This document shows positions 63,859 to 64,000 of a DNA stretch of 64,000 nucleotides, piece by piece. The stretch comes from Octopus bimaculoides (lineage: Eukaryota): contig NC_068990.1 in the NCBI RefSeq assembly GCF_001194135.2, positions 53,063,545 through 53,127,544 on the forward strand, given 5' to 3'. Below the pieces are notes generated by a model. The model made no database searches. It saw only the letters and a program-made list of their open reading frames with translations, and was not told the origin of the DNA. Each line of letters opens with the position of its first letter. The first letter of the stretch is position 1. The translations under genes were made by a program, and so were the position numbers.

Positions 63859-64000
63859 TCTCTCTCTATATATAAAATTCTTTGTCTGTCTGTCTCTCCC
63901 CTATGCATTCTCAAATGGCTTGACCAAATCAAATCAAATTTTATAAGGCAATAGTTTTAGACCCTGTGAGTGTCAGCATGTAGTTTTTATTTTCATTTGG
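63859..64000 (+). mobile_element. possible Helitron 5' end running off the window
   Basis: A|TCTCTCTCTATATATAAAA followed by tgtctgtctgt, resembling the 6953 terminus. Confidence 0.4.

Overview
AT-rich, microsatellite-dense eukaryotic draft sequence with four N gaps. The repeat complement (tRNA-derived SINEs, RTE, R4/Dong-like, CRE and Penelope retroelements, mariner/Tc1, Helitrons) looks like an octopus or other coleoid cephalopod genome; this is an inference from repeat style, not a database match. I could not recognise any intact host protein-coding gene. The window reads as part of a very long intron, or possibly intergenic DNA, filled with decayed transposons, and nearly all listed ORFs are TE fragments, microsatellite read-throughs or N-gap artefacts. 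Most interesting signals: (1) Minimal type I hammerhead ribozyme folds in Penelope-type termini, including two intact copies with a compensatory U3-A8 core (14873-14915, 15271-15313) and a head-to-head tRNA-SINE/Penelope-tail palindrome with a 12-bp TSD (50108-50607). (2) A textbook recursive-splice-site motif (branch point, long pyrimidine tract, CAG|GTAAGT) followed by a 54-nt RS-exon candidate at 32702. (3) An 11-unit 65-66 bp hairpin/spacer array in an RTE 3' region. (4) Repeated nesting of R4/Dong-like LINEs and SINEs in (TAA/TTA)n microsatellites. Coordinates of decayed TEs are approximate; termini, TSDs and ribozyme motifs were counted base by base.
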